A stretch of DNA of 64,000 nt from Alphaproteobacteria bacterium (GTDB lineage Bacteria > Pseudomonadota > Alphaproteobacteria > UBA7887): positions 1,360,981 through 1,424,980 of the forward strand of contig OZ241752.1 of NCBI GenBank assembly GCA_965201155.1, read 5' to 3'. Positions 29,196-38,561 of this stretch are shown here, piece after piece; within the stretch, counting starts at the first letter, position 1, and each line of letters starts with the position of its first letter. The notes under the pieces are model-generated. The model was not told the DNA's origin, ran no database searches, and saw only the letters and a list, made by a program, of their open reading frames with translations. Both the position numbers and the translations under genes were made by a program.

Positions 29196-32090
29196 CTATG
29201 CCGTGTAAATCTTGCAGAGAGTGGCTTTGGTCTCCTGCATTTGCGTCACCGAGTCATAGCCATAGGTCTGCGCCGTGTTGCAGCTTTCGCCCAGCACATA
29301 GGGGTCAGTCCCCGGCGGGTATTTGTGCCGCAGGTCCTCGCCCTGGTAGTGGCCGCCGAAATGGAACGGCATGAACGCGACGCCCGCGCCCACCCGTTCG
29401 GTAACCATGGCCATCACCTTGACCCGCGAACCTTCCGGCCCCTCGACCCACACTTGCGCGCCGTTCCGCACGCCGAGATTGTTGGCGTCGCGCGGATTGA
29501 TCTCCACGAACATGTCCTGCTGGAGTTCTGCAAGCCACGGATTGGAGCGCGACTCCTCACCGCCGCCCTCATATTCGACGAGGCGCCCCGATGTCAGGAT
29601 GATCGGATACTCGCCCGAGAAATCCTGTTTCTGGATCGATGCGTACATGGTGGGCAAGCGGTAGAACTTGCGGTCGTCATAGGTCGGGTAGTCCGCCACA
29701 AGGTCGCGACGCGGGGTGTAGAGCGGCTCGCGGTGAAGCGGTATCGGGTCCGGGAAGGTCCACACCACCGCCCGCGCCTTGGCATTGCCGAACGGTGCGC
29801 AGCCATGCTTGATGGCGACCCGCTGAATGCCGCCGGAAAGATCGGTTTTCCAGTTGGTCGCAGGGCCGGCAACAGCGTCGATCACCGCCCGTTCCCCGGC
29901 CGTGAGATCGCCGTCCCACCCCAGGTCCATCAGCATCTGCATGGTGAACTCGGGATACCCGTCCTGAATTTCCGAACCCTCGGAATATACGCCTTCCGCC
30001 AGCAGGTTCTCGCCGTCGCGCTCGACGCCGAAACGGGCGCGGAAGGTCAATCCGCCTTCCGCCACCGGCTTCGACATGTCATAGAGATTGGGCGTCCCCG
30101 GATGGCCCATTTCCGGCGTGCCCCATGACGGCCAGGGCATCCCGTAATAGTCGCCGTCCGCCGGGCCGCCGATCGCCTGAAGCGTCGTGCGGTCGAACGT
30201 GTGCTGATTGGCCATATGGAGCTTGATCCGCTCCGGCGACTGGCCGGTATAGCCGATCGTCCACATGCCGCGGTTGAATTCGCGCGTCACATCCTCGACC
30301 ACCGGCTCGTCCGGCCCCTCCATCGCGATATTGCGGAAGAACCGGTCTGCCCAGCCGAACTTTCTGGCGAATTTCGCCATGATGACCTGGTCGGGGAGAC
30401 TCTCGAACAGCGGCTCCACCACCCGCTCGCGCCATTGCAGCGAGCGGTTGGAGGCCGTGACCGAACCACGCGTTTCAAACTGCGTCGATGCGGGCAGCAG
30501 ATACACGCCGTCGGTGCGGTCATGAAGAATGGCCGATACGGTGGGATATGGATCGATCACCACCAGCATGTCCAGCTTCTCCATTGCGGCCTTCATTTCC
30601 TTGCCGCGCGTCTGCGAGTTCGGCGCATGGCCCCACAGCACCATCGCCCGCACATTGTCGGGCTGGTCCATATTGGCCTTGTCTTCCAGCACCCCGTCGA
30701 TCCAGCGCGACACCGGAATGCCGGTCAGGTTCATGAGGCTGGATTCCGTTCCGTCAGCGCCGGAAACGGTCGTGAAACGGCGTTTCAGCCAATCGATATC
30801 CTCGTCCCACACGCGCGCCCAATGCCCCCAGGCGCCCTCGGAAAGGCCGTAATATCCGGGCAGCGTGTGCGACAGGACGCCAAGGTCCGTCGCGCCCTGA
30901 ACATTGTCATGGCCGCGGAAGATATTGGTGCCGCCGCCGGACACGCCCATATTGCCCAGCGCCAGCTGCAGGACACAGTAGGCGCGGGTGTTGTTGTTGC
31001 CGTTGGTGTGCTGGGTACCGCCCATGCACCAGATCACCGTGCCCGGGCGGTGGTTCGCCATGGTCCGCGCGATGCGCCGCAACTGCGCGCCCGGCGCGCC
31101 GGTCACGCGCTCCACTTCCTCCGGCGTCCAGCGCGCCACTTCCTCGCGAATCTGGTCCATGCCCCAGACGCGGGTGCGGATGAACTCCTTGTCCTCCCAC
31201 CCGTTGCTGAAGATGTGCCACAAAATCCCCCAGACCAGCGCCACATCCGTGCCGGGGCGGAAGCGCAGATATTCATCGGCATGGGCGGCCGTGCGGGTGA
31301 AGCGCGGATCGCAGACGATCAACGGCGCGTTGTTGCGCTCCTTCGCCCGCAGCACATGCAGCAGCGACACCGGATGCGCCTCGGCGGGGTTGCCGCCGAT
31401 CAGCAATATGGCGCGGCTCTTGTGAATGTCGTTATAGGAGTTGGTCATGGCGCCATAGCCCCATGTGTTGGCAACCCCTGCAACCGTGGTGGAGTGGCAG
31501 ATGCGCGCCTGGTGGTCCACATTGTTGGATCCCCAATAGGCGGCGAACTTGCGGAACAGATAAGCCTGCTCATTGCTGTATTTCGCTGAACCCAGCCAAT
31601 ACACGCTGTCCGGCCCGCTTTCCTCGCGGATGCGCATCATCCCGTCGCCGATCTCGTCGATCGCCTGTTCCCAGCTCAGGCGCTTCCACACGCCGCCTTC
31701 CTTCTTCATGGGATATTTCAGGCGGCGTTCGCCATGCGCGTGCTCGCGCACCGACGCGCCCTTGGCGCAATGGGCGCCGAGATTGAACGGGCTGTCCCAA
31801 CCCGGCTCCTGGCCGACCCAGACGCCGTTATTCACCTCGGCGATGACCGTGCAGCCGACCGAACAATGGGTACAGACGGACTTCCTGGTCTCGACTTCCC
31901 CCATCACCGCCGGCGCCGCCTCGGCGCGCGTGACCCGCCCGCCGCTGGCGCCGATCGCCGCCAGGCCGCCAATGGCAAGGCCGGAGCCGCGCAGAAACGC
32001 GCGCCGGTCCACCGTCCGTTCGGCAAAACCGTTCGGACGCACCGTCTGCCGCGCGCGTCGCACCACCGGATTTGTTTTCTTCCTCAGCAT
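29196..32090 (-). CDS. formate dehydrogenase alpha (molybdopterin) subunit, Tat-exported, Cys-type
   Basis: Tat motif DRRAFLRGSG, a 4Fe-4S Cys cluster (CTHCSVGC) and active-site context HQARICHSTTV, with Cys where selenoenzymes carry Sec. 964 aa without an internal stop. Confidence 0.95.
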   Translation of the reverse strand: MLRKKTNPVVRRARQTVRPNGFAERTVDRRAFLRGSGLAIGGLAAIGASGGRVTRAEAAPAVMGEVETRKSVCTHCSVGCTVIAEVNNGVWVGQEPGWDSPFNLGAHCAKGASVREHAHGERRLKYPMKKEGGVWKRLSWEQAIDEIGDGMMRIREESGPDSVYWLGSAKYSNEQAYLFRKFAAYWGSNNVDHQARICHSTTVAGVANTWGYGAMTNSYNDIHKSRAILLIGGNPAEAHPVSLLHVLRAKERNNAPLIVCDPRFTRTAAHADEYLRFRPGTDVALVWGILWHIFSNGWEDKEFIRTRVWGMDQIREEVARWTPEEVERVTGAPGAQLRRIARTMANHRPGTVIWCMGGTQHTNGNNNTRAYCVLQLALGNMGVSGGGTNIFRGHDNVQGATDLGVLSHTLPGYYGLSEGAWGHWARVWDEDIDWLKRRFTTVSGADGTESSLMNLTGIPVSRWIDGVLEDKANMDQPDNVRAMVLWGHAPNSQTRGKEMKAAMEKLDMLVVIDPYPTVSAILHDRTDGVYLLPASTQFETRGSVTASNRSLQWRERVVEPLFESLPDQVIMAKFARKFGWADRFFRNIAMEGPDEPVVEDVTREFNRGMWTIGYTGQSPERIKLHMANQHTFDRTTLQAIGGPADGDYYGMPWPSWGTPEMGHPGTPNLYDMSKPVAEGGLTFRARFGVERDGENLLAEGVYSEGSEIQDGYPEFTMQMLMDLGWDGDLTAGERAVIDAVAGPATNWKTDLSGGIQRVAIKHGCAPFGNAKARAVVWTFPDPIPLHREPLYTPRRDLVADYPTYDDRKFYRLPTMYASIQKQDFSGEYPIILTSGRLVEYEGGGEESRSNPWLAELQQDMFVEINPRDANNLGVRNGAQVWVEGPEGSRVKVMAMVTERVGAGVAFMPFHFGGHYQGEDLRHKYPPGTDPYVLGESCNTAQTYGYDSVTQMQETKATLCKIYTA

Positions 32091-32161
32091 TCTGTTTCTC
32101 CCTGCGCGCGCCGCCCGGCGCCCGATTGCATGTTCCTCAGAGAGTGTCTTCCGACATATCC

Positions 32162-32350
32162 TCAGAAACGTGCGCTGTCGTAATAGGCGCGGACATGCGT
32201 TGTTTCCTGCAACCCCTCGCCGTCAACCTCGCCTGCCGCGGCCGGTGCTGCGCCAGCGGCTGCAGCAATCGCCGCCGCGGGCGCCGCCAGCGCGGCCTGT
32301 TTCAGAAAGTCGCGGCGGCTGGCGCCGTTGCCGTCGGTTTCCCTGTCCAT
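32162..32350 (-). CDS. small twin-arginine-signal protein of formate dehydrogenase loci
   Basis: MDRETDGNGASRRDFLKQAALAAPAAA.. . AGGGAGGTGA precedes ATG 32350. It lies immediately upstream of the alpha subunit. Confidence 0.65.
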   Translation of the reverse strand: MDRETDGNGASRRDFLKQAALAAPAAAIAAAAGAAPAAAGEVDGEGLQETTHVRAYYDSARF

Positions 32351-32390
32351 GGGTGTCACCTCCCTGCCTTGTAGGTTCATCATTCGCGGT

Positions 32391-32990
32391 CTATTCGGCC
32401 TGCATCCGAAACGCCTCGGTTTCGATCTCCATGAACGCCCGCCCGGCGGCGCCGACCGGCTGATAGAAGCGCGCACATAATGCGCATTCCAGATCAGAAA
32501 AGAAATGCCCCGCCCACGGCGCCACATGGTCGTCAAAAAACTGCCGTGTCCGCACTGCCGGCGCCGGCGCGCCAAGGCGCCCCGAAATCAGCGCCGCCAT
32601 CATTTCCAGCACGCTGGCGATATGGTCTTCCGGATCGTTCACATCGGCGGCGCGGCGAATGGCCAGTTGCGCCATGGAATCCCGCAGCGCCGCCAGCGGT
32701 TTCTCATTCAGGAACCCGGTCATGTAGTAACTGCCGTAAGGCACCAGCTCGCCCCGCCCGACGCCGATAAACAGCGTGTGAAACTCGTCCGCCACCGCCT
32801 CCGGCGTCGCTCCGGCCGCTGCTTCGCGGAGCGCCTGCACCGCCCGCCCCAGCGCGCTGTCATTGCCCTCCAATGCGGCGATCTTCCGCAGCAGCGCCGC
32901 ATCCGGGGGCGCCGCCAGCAACGCGCCGAGAAAGTCATAGAGATCGGCGCGCAGCCTGTCTTCCGCCGTCGGCGCGGCTTCTTCGCTCAT
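32391..32990 (-). CDS. TorD/DmsD-family redox-enzyme maturation chaperone
   Basis: ..ADEFHTLFIGVGRGELVPYGSYY..EDHIASVLEMMA.. . ATG 32990 overlaps the upstream stop in an ATGA arrangement. Confidence 0.8.
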   Translation of the reverse strand: MSEEAAPTAEDRLRADLYDFLGALLAAPPDAALLRKIAALEGNDSALGRAVQALREAAAGATPEAVADEFHTLFIGVGRGELVPYGSYYMTGFLNEKPLAALRDSMAQLAIRRAADVNDPEDHIASVLEMMAALISGRLGAPAPAVRTRQFFDDHVAPWAGHFFSDLECALCARFYQPVGAAGRAFMEIETEAFRMQAE

Positions 32991-33598
32991 CCCGCCGCCT
33001 CCGCTGCCGGTTCGGCAAAGGTGAAGCGCATGCGCCGCCGCCCCGGCGGCAGCGCTGTCGGCTCGGGCAATTCTTCCTCCGCCTGCGTCTCCTGCTCCTG
33101 CTGCAGCGCCGGTAACGGCGCGGCCTCCTGACACTCCACAGCAAGGGCCGGCATCTCCGCAATCGCCGCCGGCGGGTCGGCCGCCGGCGGGGCAGGCACG
33201 GCCGCATTCAGCCGCGCAACCATCCCCTTGCCCACTTCATAGGCGGTCTGCAGCGCCTCCACCACGGTCGCGCCGTCCGTGTAGTCCTCGCCATATTCGA
33301 CCAGATTGTCGAGATTCGCGAGCACCGGATCGGACACCCAGAGACGCCTGAGCGCACGCCGCCGCAAATGCTCCGGCACCGCATCGGCCATGAACGCGGT
33401 GAAATCATCGCCGCGCCGCAGGCTGTCCGGGTCGGGCAGGTTCAGTTTCGCGAGAATTTCGCCGTCGGACTTTTGCGGTTTTCCCGTGTCCTGAACGGCG
33501 CCTTCGCCGGCAACGCCGCGCGCCGCCTGCTCTTCGGCGCGCGCTTCCGCCGCCACTGCCGCCTTGCGCCGGCTCCAGAAATCGCCGCGCCGCGTCAC
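32987..33598 (-). CDS. DUF3306 domain protein
   Basis: FWSRRKAAV..LNLPDPDSL..DFTAFMADAVPEHLRRRALRRLWVSDPVLANLDNLVEYGEDYTD. Confidence 0.7.
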   Translation of the reverse strand: MTRRGDFWSRRKAAVAAEARAEEQAARGVAGEGAVQDTGKPQKSDGEILAKLNLPDPDSLRRGDDFTAFMADAVPEHLRRRALRRLWVSDPVLANLDNLVEYGEDYTDGATVVEALQTAYEVGKGMVARLNAAVPAPPAADPPAAIAEMPALAVECQEAAPLPALQQEQETQAEEELPEPTALPPGRRRMRFTFAEPAAEAAG

Positions 33599-34185
33599 TG
33601 CTCCGGTCTTCCCCCGGCGCGCCGCGGCGCCCGGTAGACATCCGACATCTGGCGAATGCGCGGGTCGCCCCTGCCGTCTTCCGTCAGGTCCACGCGGGTG
33701 CGGTCGCGCCGCCGCTTGACGAACGCCTCTTCCTCATGATGCCGCGCGACAAAATCACTTACAAAGGCCGCCAGCCCGGCCGGCATCGGCACTGGCTCGA
33801 CCAGTTCTTCGCCGCTGTCCATATAGTCCTGCGCCTCGAACGGCGACGCCGTGGCCAGCACCATCGCCGGCCCGTCCGCCGGCAGAGCGGGCGGCCGCAT
33901 CACCACGTAGACCATGGGGGTCCGCGCCGCCAGATTGGTGCGGTACGCCTCGGTATCCGACGCCCACAACTCCAGCGGCACCGTCGCGGCGTGATATTCC
34001 ACACTCTCGCCTTCGCGCCGCAATTCGCGCCAGGCTGCGGCGCCGGCGCCGGGCAGCACGGCCACTGCCTTCCACGCCCAGCGCGCCCAGCGCGTCACTC
34101 CCGGCGAGCGGCGAATCACCACCCCCAGCGGCAGCGTTGCCGCGGCACGCGGCCCGCCGCCATGCGGGCCGGCCTGTTTCAGCAT
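33595..34185 (-). CDS. DUF3305 domain protein
   Basis: LGVVIRRSPGVTRWARWAWKAVAVLPG..LELWASDTEAYRTNL. First gene of the FDH operon. Confidence 0.7.
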   Translation of the reverse strand: MLKQAGPHGGGPRAAATLPLGVVIRRSPGVTRWARWAWKAVAVLPGAGAAAWRELRREGESVEYHAATVPLELWASDTEAYRTNLAARTPMVYVVMRPPALPADGPAMVLATASPFEAQDYMDSGEELVEPVPMPAGLAAFVSDFVARHHEEEAFVKRRRDRTRVDLTEDGRGDPRIRQMSDVYRAPRRAGGRPEQ

Positions 34186-34363
34186 TGCCGCCCGCCCGCG
34201 CGTATTCTGTTTCGCAACATCTTCACGGCGTTCCGATTATGCGCTCCCCCGCCCCGGATATCCAGTGAAAATGCCCGTGCACGAAGACGAGGCAAGCACC
34301 GCTGGTCTTGACCGGCAAAGCGGGTATAGTAGCGCTAGTAACAACAGTCGAAAGCTCAAGGCG

Positions 34364-34852
34364 ATGACTCGAACGCCCCTGTTCGTTCTGGCCCTGGCGG
34401 CGCTCACCGCCCTGCCGGCAGCAGCCAATCGCGGAATCCCCGATTTCGCCCTGCCGGACCCCGCCGCGGAAGCCGAAAGCGAACCCCTCGACATCCAGGC
34501 TGGCTATGACGCAATCGACGCCGGCGATTACGAAACCGCCATCACCGTGTTCGAAGCGGTGCTGGATAAGGACCCGCGCGACGCCGAAGCGCACAACCAG
34601 CTCGGCTATGTGCATCGGCGGCTGCAGGACTTCCCCCGCGCCTTCAGCCATTACCGCACGGCGCTGTCCATAGACCCTGCGCACACCGGAGCCCACAACT
34701 ATATCGGCGAGGCCTATCTCGAAACCGGCCAGCTCGAAATGGCGGAGGGCCATCTGCGCGAACTCGACATGATCTGCCTGTTCGGATGCGACGACTATTA
34801 CGAACTCGCCCAGGCGGTCGCGCTTTACAAGGCCAACAACAACACAAGCTGA
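34364..34852 (+). CDS. TPR-repeat secreted protein
   Basis: Signal peptide MTRTPLFVLALAALTALPAAA followed by TPR units (..AEAHNQLGYVHRRLQDFPRAFSHYRTALSIDP..). Confidence 0.7.
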   Translation: MTRTPLFVLALAALTALPAAANRGIPDFALPDPAAEAESEPLDIQAGYDAIDAGDYETAITVFEAVLDKDPRDAEAHNQLGYVHRRLQDFPRAFSHYRTALSIDPAHTGAHNYIGEAYLETGQLEMAEGHLRELDMICLFGCDDYYELAQAVALYKANNNTS

Positions 34853-34865
34853 CCCCGCGCCGGCG

Positions 34866-35906
34866 ATGACGCCAGGTTCGCGCGCGCCGCGCCGCGCCGA
34901 CCGCGCCTTGCGGCAGCTTCTGGCCGGCGCCGGGCGCGCCCCCCGCATCGGCATTCTCGGCGGGTCCTTCAATCCCGCGCATGAAGGCCACCGCGCCGTC
35001 AGCCTGCGCGCCCTGCGCGAATTGCGGCTGGACATCGTGCTGTGGCTCGTTTCGCCCCAGAACCCGCTCAAGCCGGCGCACGGCATGGCGCCGCTGGCAC
35101 AGAGGCTGGCAGCCGCAAGGCGTGCGGCGGGGCGGCACCGCATACGCGCCTCAGCCATTGAGGACGCTCTTGGCACCCGCTACACTATCGACACGGTGCG
35201 CGCCTTGCGCCGCCGCTGGCCGCATGTACGATTCGTCTGGCTGCTCGGCGCCGACAATATGCTGCAAATGCCGGAATGGCGCCGCTGGCCGGCCCTGTTC
35301 CGCGCCATTCCCGTTGCCGTGTTCGACCGCCCTCCCTGGTCTGCGGCGGCGCTGCGCGGCAGGGCGGCAGCGCGCTTTGCCCGCTATCGGCGGCGCCCGC
35401 CGGGCCTTGCCGGCGCCGCCCCGCCCGCATGGACATTCCTTGGCGGCCGCCCGCATCCCGAATCCGCAACCCGCCTGCGCGAATTGTGGCGCCGGACCCA
35501 CCCCGCGCCGGCGGAAACTGCCGCGCCGGAGGAGCCAGTGATCAGCGAAAGCAATCCCTCCCCCTGGGCGGAGACGATCCGCCATATCGCGGTCGGCTCG
35601 CTCGAAGACGACCAGGCCAGCGACATCAAGGTGATCGACCTCGCCGGCAAGACCTCCATCGCCGACCTCATGATCATCGCCAGCGGCCGCTCCGAACGCC
35701 ATGTCACCGCCGTCACGCAACATCTTGCCGAACGGCTGAAGAAACGCGGCATGCCACCGCGCTCCATCGAAGGACTGCCAAAGGCTGACTGGGTGCTCGT
35801 AGACGCGGGCGACGTCATCGTCCACATCTTCCGCCCCGAAGTGCGCCAGTTCTACAACCTCGAGAAAATGTGGGCCGTGCCGCTCCCGGAACCCGCCGTC
35901 CAATGA
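34866..35906 (+). CDS. nadD: single ORF encoding NadD (nicotinate-nucleotide adenylyltransferase) fused in frame to RsfS (ribosomal silencing factor)
   Basis: The N-part has GILGGSFNPAHEGH..LLGADN. The C-part (from about aa 225) has ..DIKVIDLAGKTSIADLMIIASGRSERHV..DAGDVIVHIF..YNLEKMW. No stop separates them. An internal GTG at 35538 is preceded by GGAGGAG. Confidence 0.85.
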   Translation: MTPGSRAPRRADRALRQLLAGAGRAPRIGILGGSFNPAHEGHRAVSLRALRELRLDIVLWLVSPQNPLKPAHGMAPLAQRLAAARRAAGRHRIRASAIEDALGTRYTIDTVRALRRRWPHVRFVWLLGADNMLQMPEWRRWPALFRAIPVAVFDRPPWSAAALRGRAAARFARYRRRPPGLAGAAPPAWTFLGGRPHPESATRLRELWRRTHPAPAETAAPEEPVISESNPSPWAETIRHIAVGSLEDDQASDIKVIDLAGKTSIADLMIIASGRSERHVTAVTQHLAERLKKRGMPPRSIEGLPKADWVLVDAGDVIVHIFRPEVRQFYNLEKMWAVPLPEPAVQ

Positions 35907-37456
35907 CGGCGCCCGTCATCCTGTGCATCCTCGACGGCTGGGGTTGTGCGGCACCGGGGCCCGACAACGCCATCGCTCGCGCCCGCACCCCGGTATGGGA
36001 CCGCCTCACCGCGCAATGGCCCTGCGCACAGCTCGATGCCGCCGCCGGCGCGGTCGGCCTGCCGCCCGGCCAGATGGGCAATTCCGAAGTCGGCCACATG
36101 ACCATCGGCGCCGGACGGGTGATCCTCCAGGACCTGCCGCGCATCGACCGCGCGGTCGCCGACGGCGCCCTCGCCGCCTCGTCTGTGCTCGCCCGCCTCG
36201 CCGCGCGGCTGCGCGGCAGCGGCGGCACCTGCCATCTGCTCGGTCTCTTGTCCGCCGGCGGCGTGCACAGCCACCAGGACCATATGCGCGCCCTGGCCGA
36301 AACCCTGGCCGCCGCCGGCGTGCGCGTCGCCATACACGCCTTTCTTGACGGGCGCGATACACCGCCCCGCTCGGCCGCCGCCGCGCTCGCCGCCTTCGAG
36401 AACCACATCGCCGGCAACCCGCTGATCTCCATGGCGACGCTGTGCGGCCGCTATTTCGCCATGGACCGTGACGGCAATCATGACCGCACCGCACGCGCCT
36501 GGGCCTTGTTGATGTCCGCCGAAGGCGCCCGCGCCGCCGATTCCACCGCAGCCATTGCCGATGCCTACCGCACAGACACCGGCGATGAGTTCGTGCCGCC
36601 GACCGCGCTCGGCAGCTATGCCGGCATGGCCGACGGCGATGCGCTGGTCATGGCCAATTTCCGTGCCGACCGCGCCCGCCAGATATTGAGCGCCCTGCTG
36701 GAGCCGGATTTCACGGCATTCCCGCGGCCCCGCATCGCCGCGTTCGCCGGCGCCGTCGGCATGACCGCCTATTCCGCCGCGCTCGACCGACGGATGGAAA
36801 CGCTCTTCCCGCCGCCGCAAATCGCCGATACGCTCGGCGCCGTCACCGCCGCCGCCGGAATGCGCCAGCTACGCACCGCGGAAACCGAGAAATACGCACA
36901 TGTGACATTCTTCCTCAATGGCGGCCGCGAAGAGCCGTTCCCCGGCGAAACCCGCCGCCTCGTGGCGTCGCCGAAAGTGGCGACCTACAATCTGGCGCCG
37001 GCCATGTCTGCCGCCGCCGTCACCGACGGCGTGGTCGCCGCGCTTGCCGACGGAGACACCTCCCTCATCGTGGTAAACTTCGCCAATACCGACATGGTGG
37101 GCCATACTGGCGATCTCGATGCCGCCATCGCCGCGGTGGAAACGGTGGACCACTGCCTCGGGCGCATCGCCGCTGCGGCTGCCGAAACCGGAGCGCGGCT
37201 GCTCGTCACCGCCGACCACGGCAATGCCGAACAGATGCGTGACCCGCACACCGGCGCCGCCCACACCGCCCACACCACCAATCCGGCGCCGCTGATCCTC
37301 GTCGGCGCCGCAGGCGACCGCCTGGAAAACGGCGGACTGGCCGATGTTGCCCCCACCGTGCTCGACTTGCTGGGCCTGCCGCGGCCGGCGGCCATGACCG
37401 GACGCTCGCTGCGAATGAAGGCGGCGGAGCATGCGCCGCGTCTTGCGCTGGCTTAG
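35903..37456 (+). CDS. gpmI: 2,3-bisphosphoglycerate-independent phosphoglycerate mutase
   Basis: PVILCILDGWG..NSEVGHMTIGAGRV..ADHGNAE. ATG 35903 overlaps the upstream stop. Confidence 0.95.
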   Translation: MTAPVILCILDGWGCAAPGPDNAIARARTPVWDRLTAQWPCAQLDAAAGAVGLPPGQMGNSEVGHMTIGAGRVILQDLPRIDRAVADGALAASSVLARLAARLRGSGGTCHLLGLLSAGGVHSHQDHMRALAETLAAAGVRVAIHAFLDGRDTPPRSAAAALAAFENHIAGNPLISMATLCGRYFAMDRDGNHDRTARAWALLMSAEGARAADSTAAIADAYRTDTGDEFVPPTALGSYAGMADGDALVMANFRADRARQILSALLEPDFTAFPRPRIAAFAGAVGMTAYSAALDRRMETLFPPPQIADTLGAVTAAAGMRQLRTAETEKYAHVTFFLNGGREEPFPGETRRLVASPKVATYNLAPAMSAAAVTDGVVAALADGDTSLIVVNFANTDMVGHTGDLDAAIAAVETVDHCLGRIAAAAAETGARLLVTADHGNAEQMRDPHTGAAHTAHTTNPAPLILVGAAGDRLENGGLADVAPTVLDLLGLPRPAAMTGRSLRMKAAEHAPRLALA

Positions 37457-38561
37457 GCTCCTGGCGCCGGCGGCGGCCGCACTGTGGGCGGTTTCCGCCG
37501 CCGCGCAGGAAGCCGCCCGGCCGTTCGCCCTCCCCGACCCTGTCGGCGCCCTGGCGGCGGAAATGCGCACCATTCGCACCGAGTGGCGCGAAATCGCCGC
37601 CGCCATCGAGGCCCATGAGGCCGAACAGCACACCACCGGCGCCGCACTCCGGGCGCTGGACCGCGACCATGAACGCCGCCGCGCCGCCTACCGCGCCGAC
37701 CGCCGCCGGCTTGCCGCGCTGCTCGCGCCGCTGGCCCTGCTGGCGCGCGCGCCGCCGGAAAGCTCCTCCGCCCCCTCGGAAGACCGGGCGGTCGCCGCAC
37801 ACCATGCCTCTGTAATCGAATATCTCGTTCCCGTACTCGCCGACCGCGCCGCCGAGGCCGAGGCGGACATTGACCGCCTCGCCCGCTCACGGACTGCGCA
37901 GGCCGCCCGCCTCGACGGTTTGAACGAAGCAAAATCGCTGCTGACGCGCGAACAGGCCGGTCTGCAGCGGCTGCTGTTGCGCAAATCCAGCGCCCTCGCG
38001 CTCTCGATTGCCGCCCGGCGCGAACCTGCGGTGCTTGGCCCTGATGACGCCGCCGCCGGGCCGGCGATCGCCGACACGCCGCCGCCAACCGAGCTTGCCG
38101 CCCTGCCCCCGCCGCCCGATACCACCGACGCACCGCAGGAGGGGCCCGCCATCGCCGCAATTTCGCCCGGCGGCGCGCGCTGGCCCACGGCAGGGTCCGT
38201 CCGCAGCAATTTCGGCGAGGCAGGCGAAGCCGGTGGGCGCAGCCAGGGCATAGCCATAGAAACCTCGCCCGGCGCGCAGGTCGTGGCCCCGGGCGGCGGG
38301 CGCATCGTGTTTGCCGGACCGTTCCGCAGTTACGGCCGACTCTTGATCATCGAACATGACGATGGCTATCATAGTCTGATGTCGGGCTTCGGGCGGATCG
38401 ACGGACAGGTTGGTGACCGCGTGGCAGCCGGCAACCCGGTGGGCGAAATGCCGGCAGAGGCGGAAAACGGCGCTGTTCTGTATGTGGAGGTTCGCCGCGA
38501 CGGCCAGCCGGTGGACCCGATCCCATGGCTGTTATCGGACGATCGAGAGGTAAGGGGATGA
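37431..38561 (+). CDS. M23-family peptidoglycan hydrolase activator/endopeptidase (EnvC-like)
   Basis: Signal peptide, a coiled-coil N-half and a C-terminal LytM domain (GIAIETSPGAQVVAPGGGRIVFAG..YGRLLIIEHDDGYHSL..). Confidence 0.85.
   Translation: MRRVLRWLRLLAPAAAALWAVSAAAQEAARPFALPDPVGALAAEMRTIRTEWREIAAAIEAHEAEQHTTGAALRALDRDHERRRAAYRADRRRLAALLAPLALLARAPPESSSAPSEDRAVAAHHASVIEYLVPVLADRAAEAEADIDRLARSRTAQAARLDGLNEAKSLLTREQAGLQRLLLRKSSALALSIAARREPAVLGPDDAAAGPAIADTPPPTELAALPPPPDTTDAPQEGPAIAAISPGGARWPTAGSVRSNFGEAGEAGGRSQGIAIETSPGAQVVAPGGGRIVFAGPFRSYGRLLIIEHDDGYHSLMSGFGRIDGQVGDRVAAGNPVGEMPAEAENGAVLYVEVRRDGQPVDPIPWLLSDDREVRG

Noticed and set aside
29196-32090. Selenocysteine (in-frame TGA + SECIS) in the formate dehydrogenase alpha subunit
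   Set aside because: The ORF is uninterrupted and the active-site position is a Cys codon (..ARICHS..), so this is not a selenoprotein.
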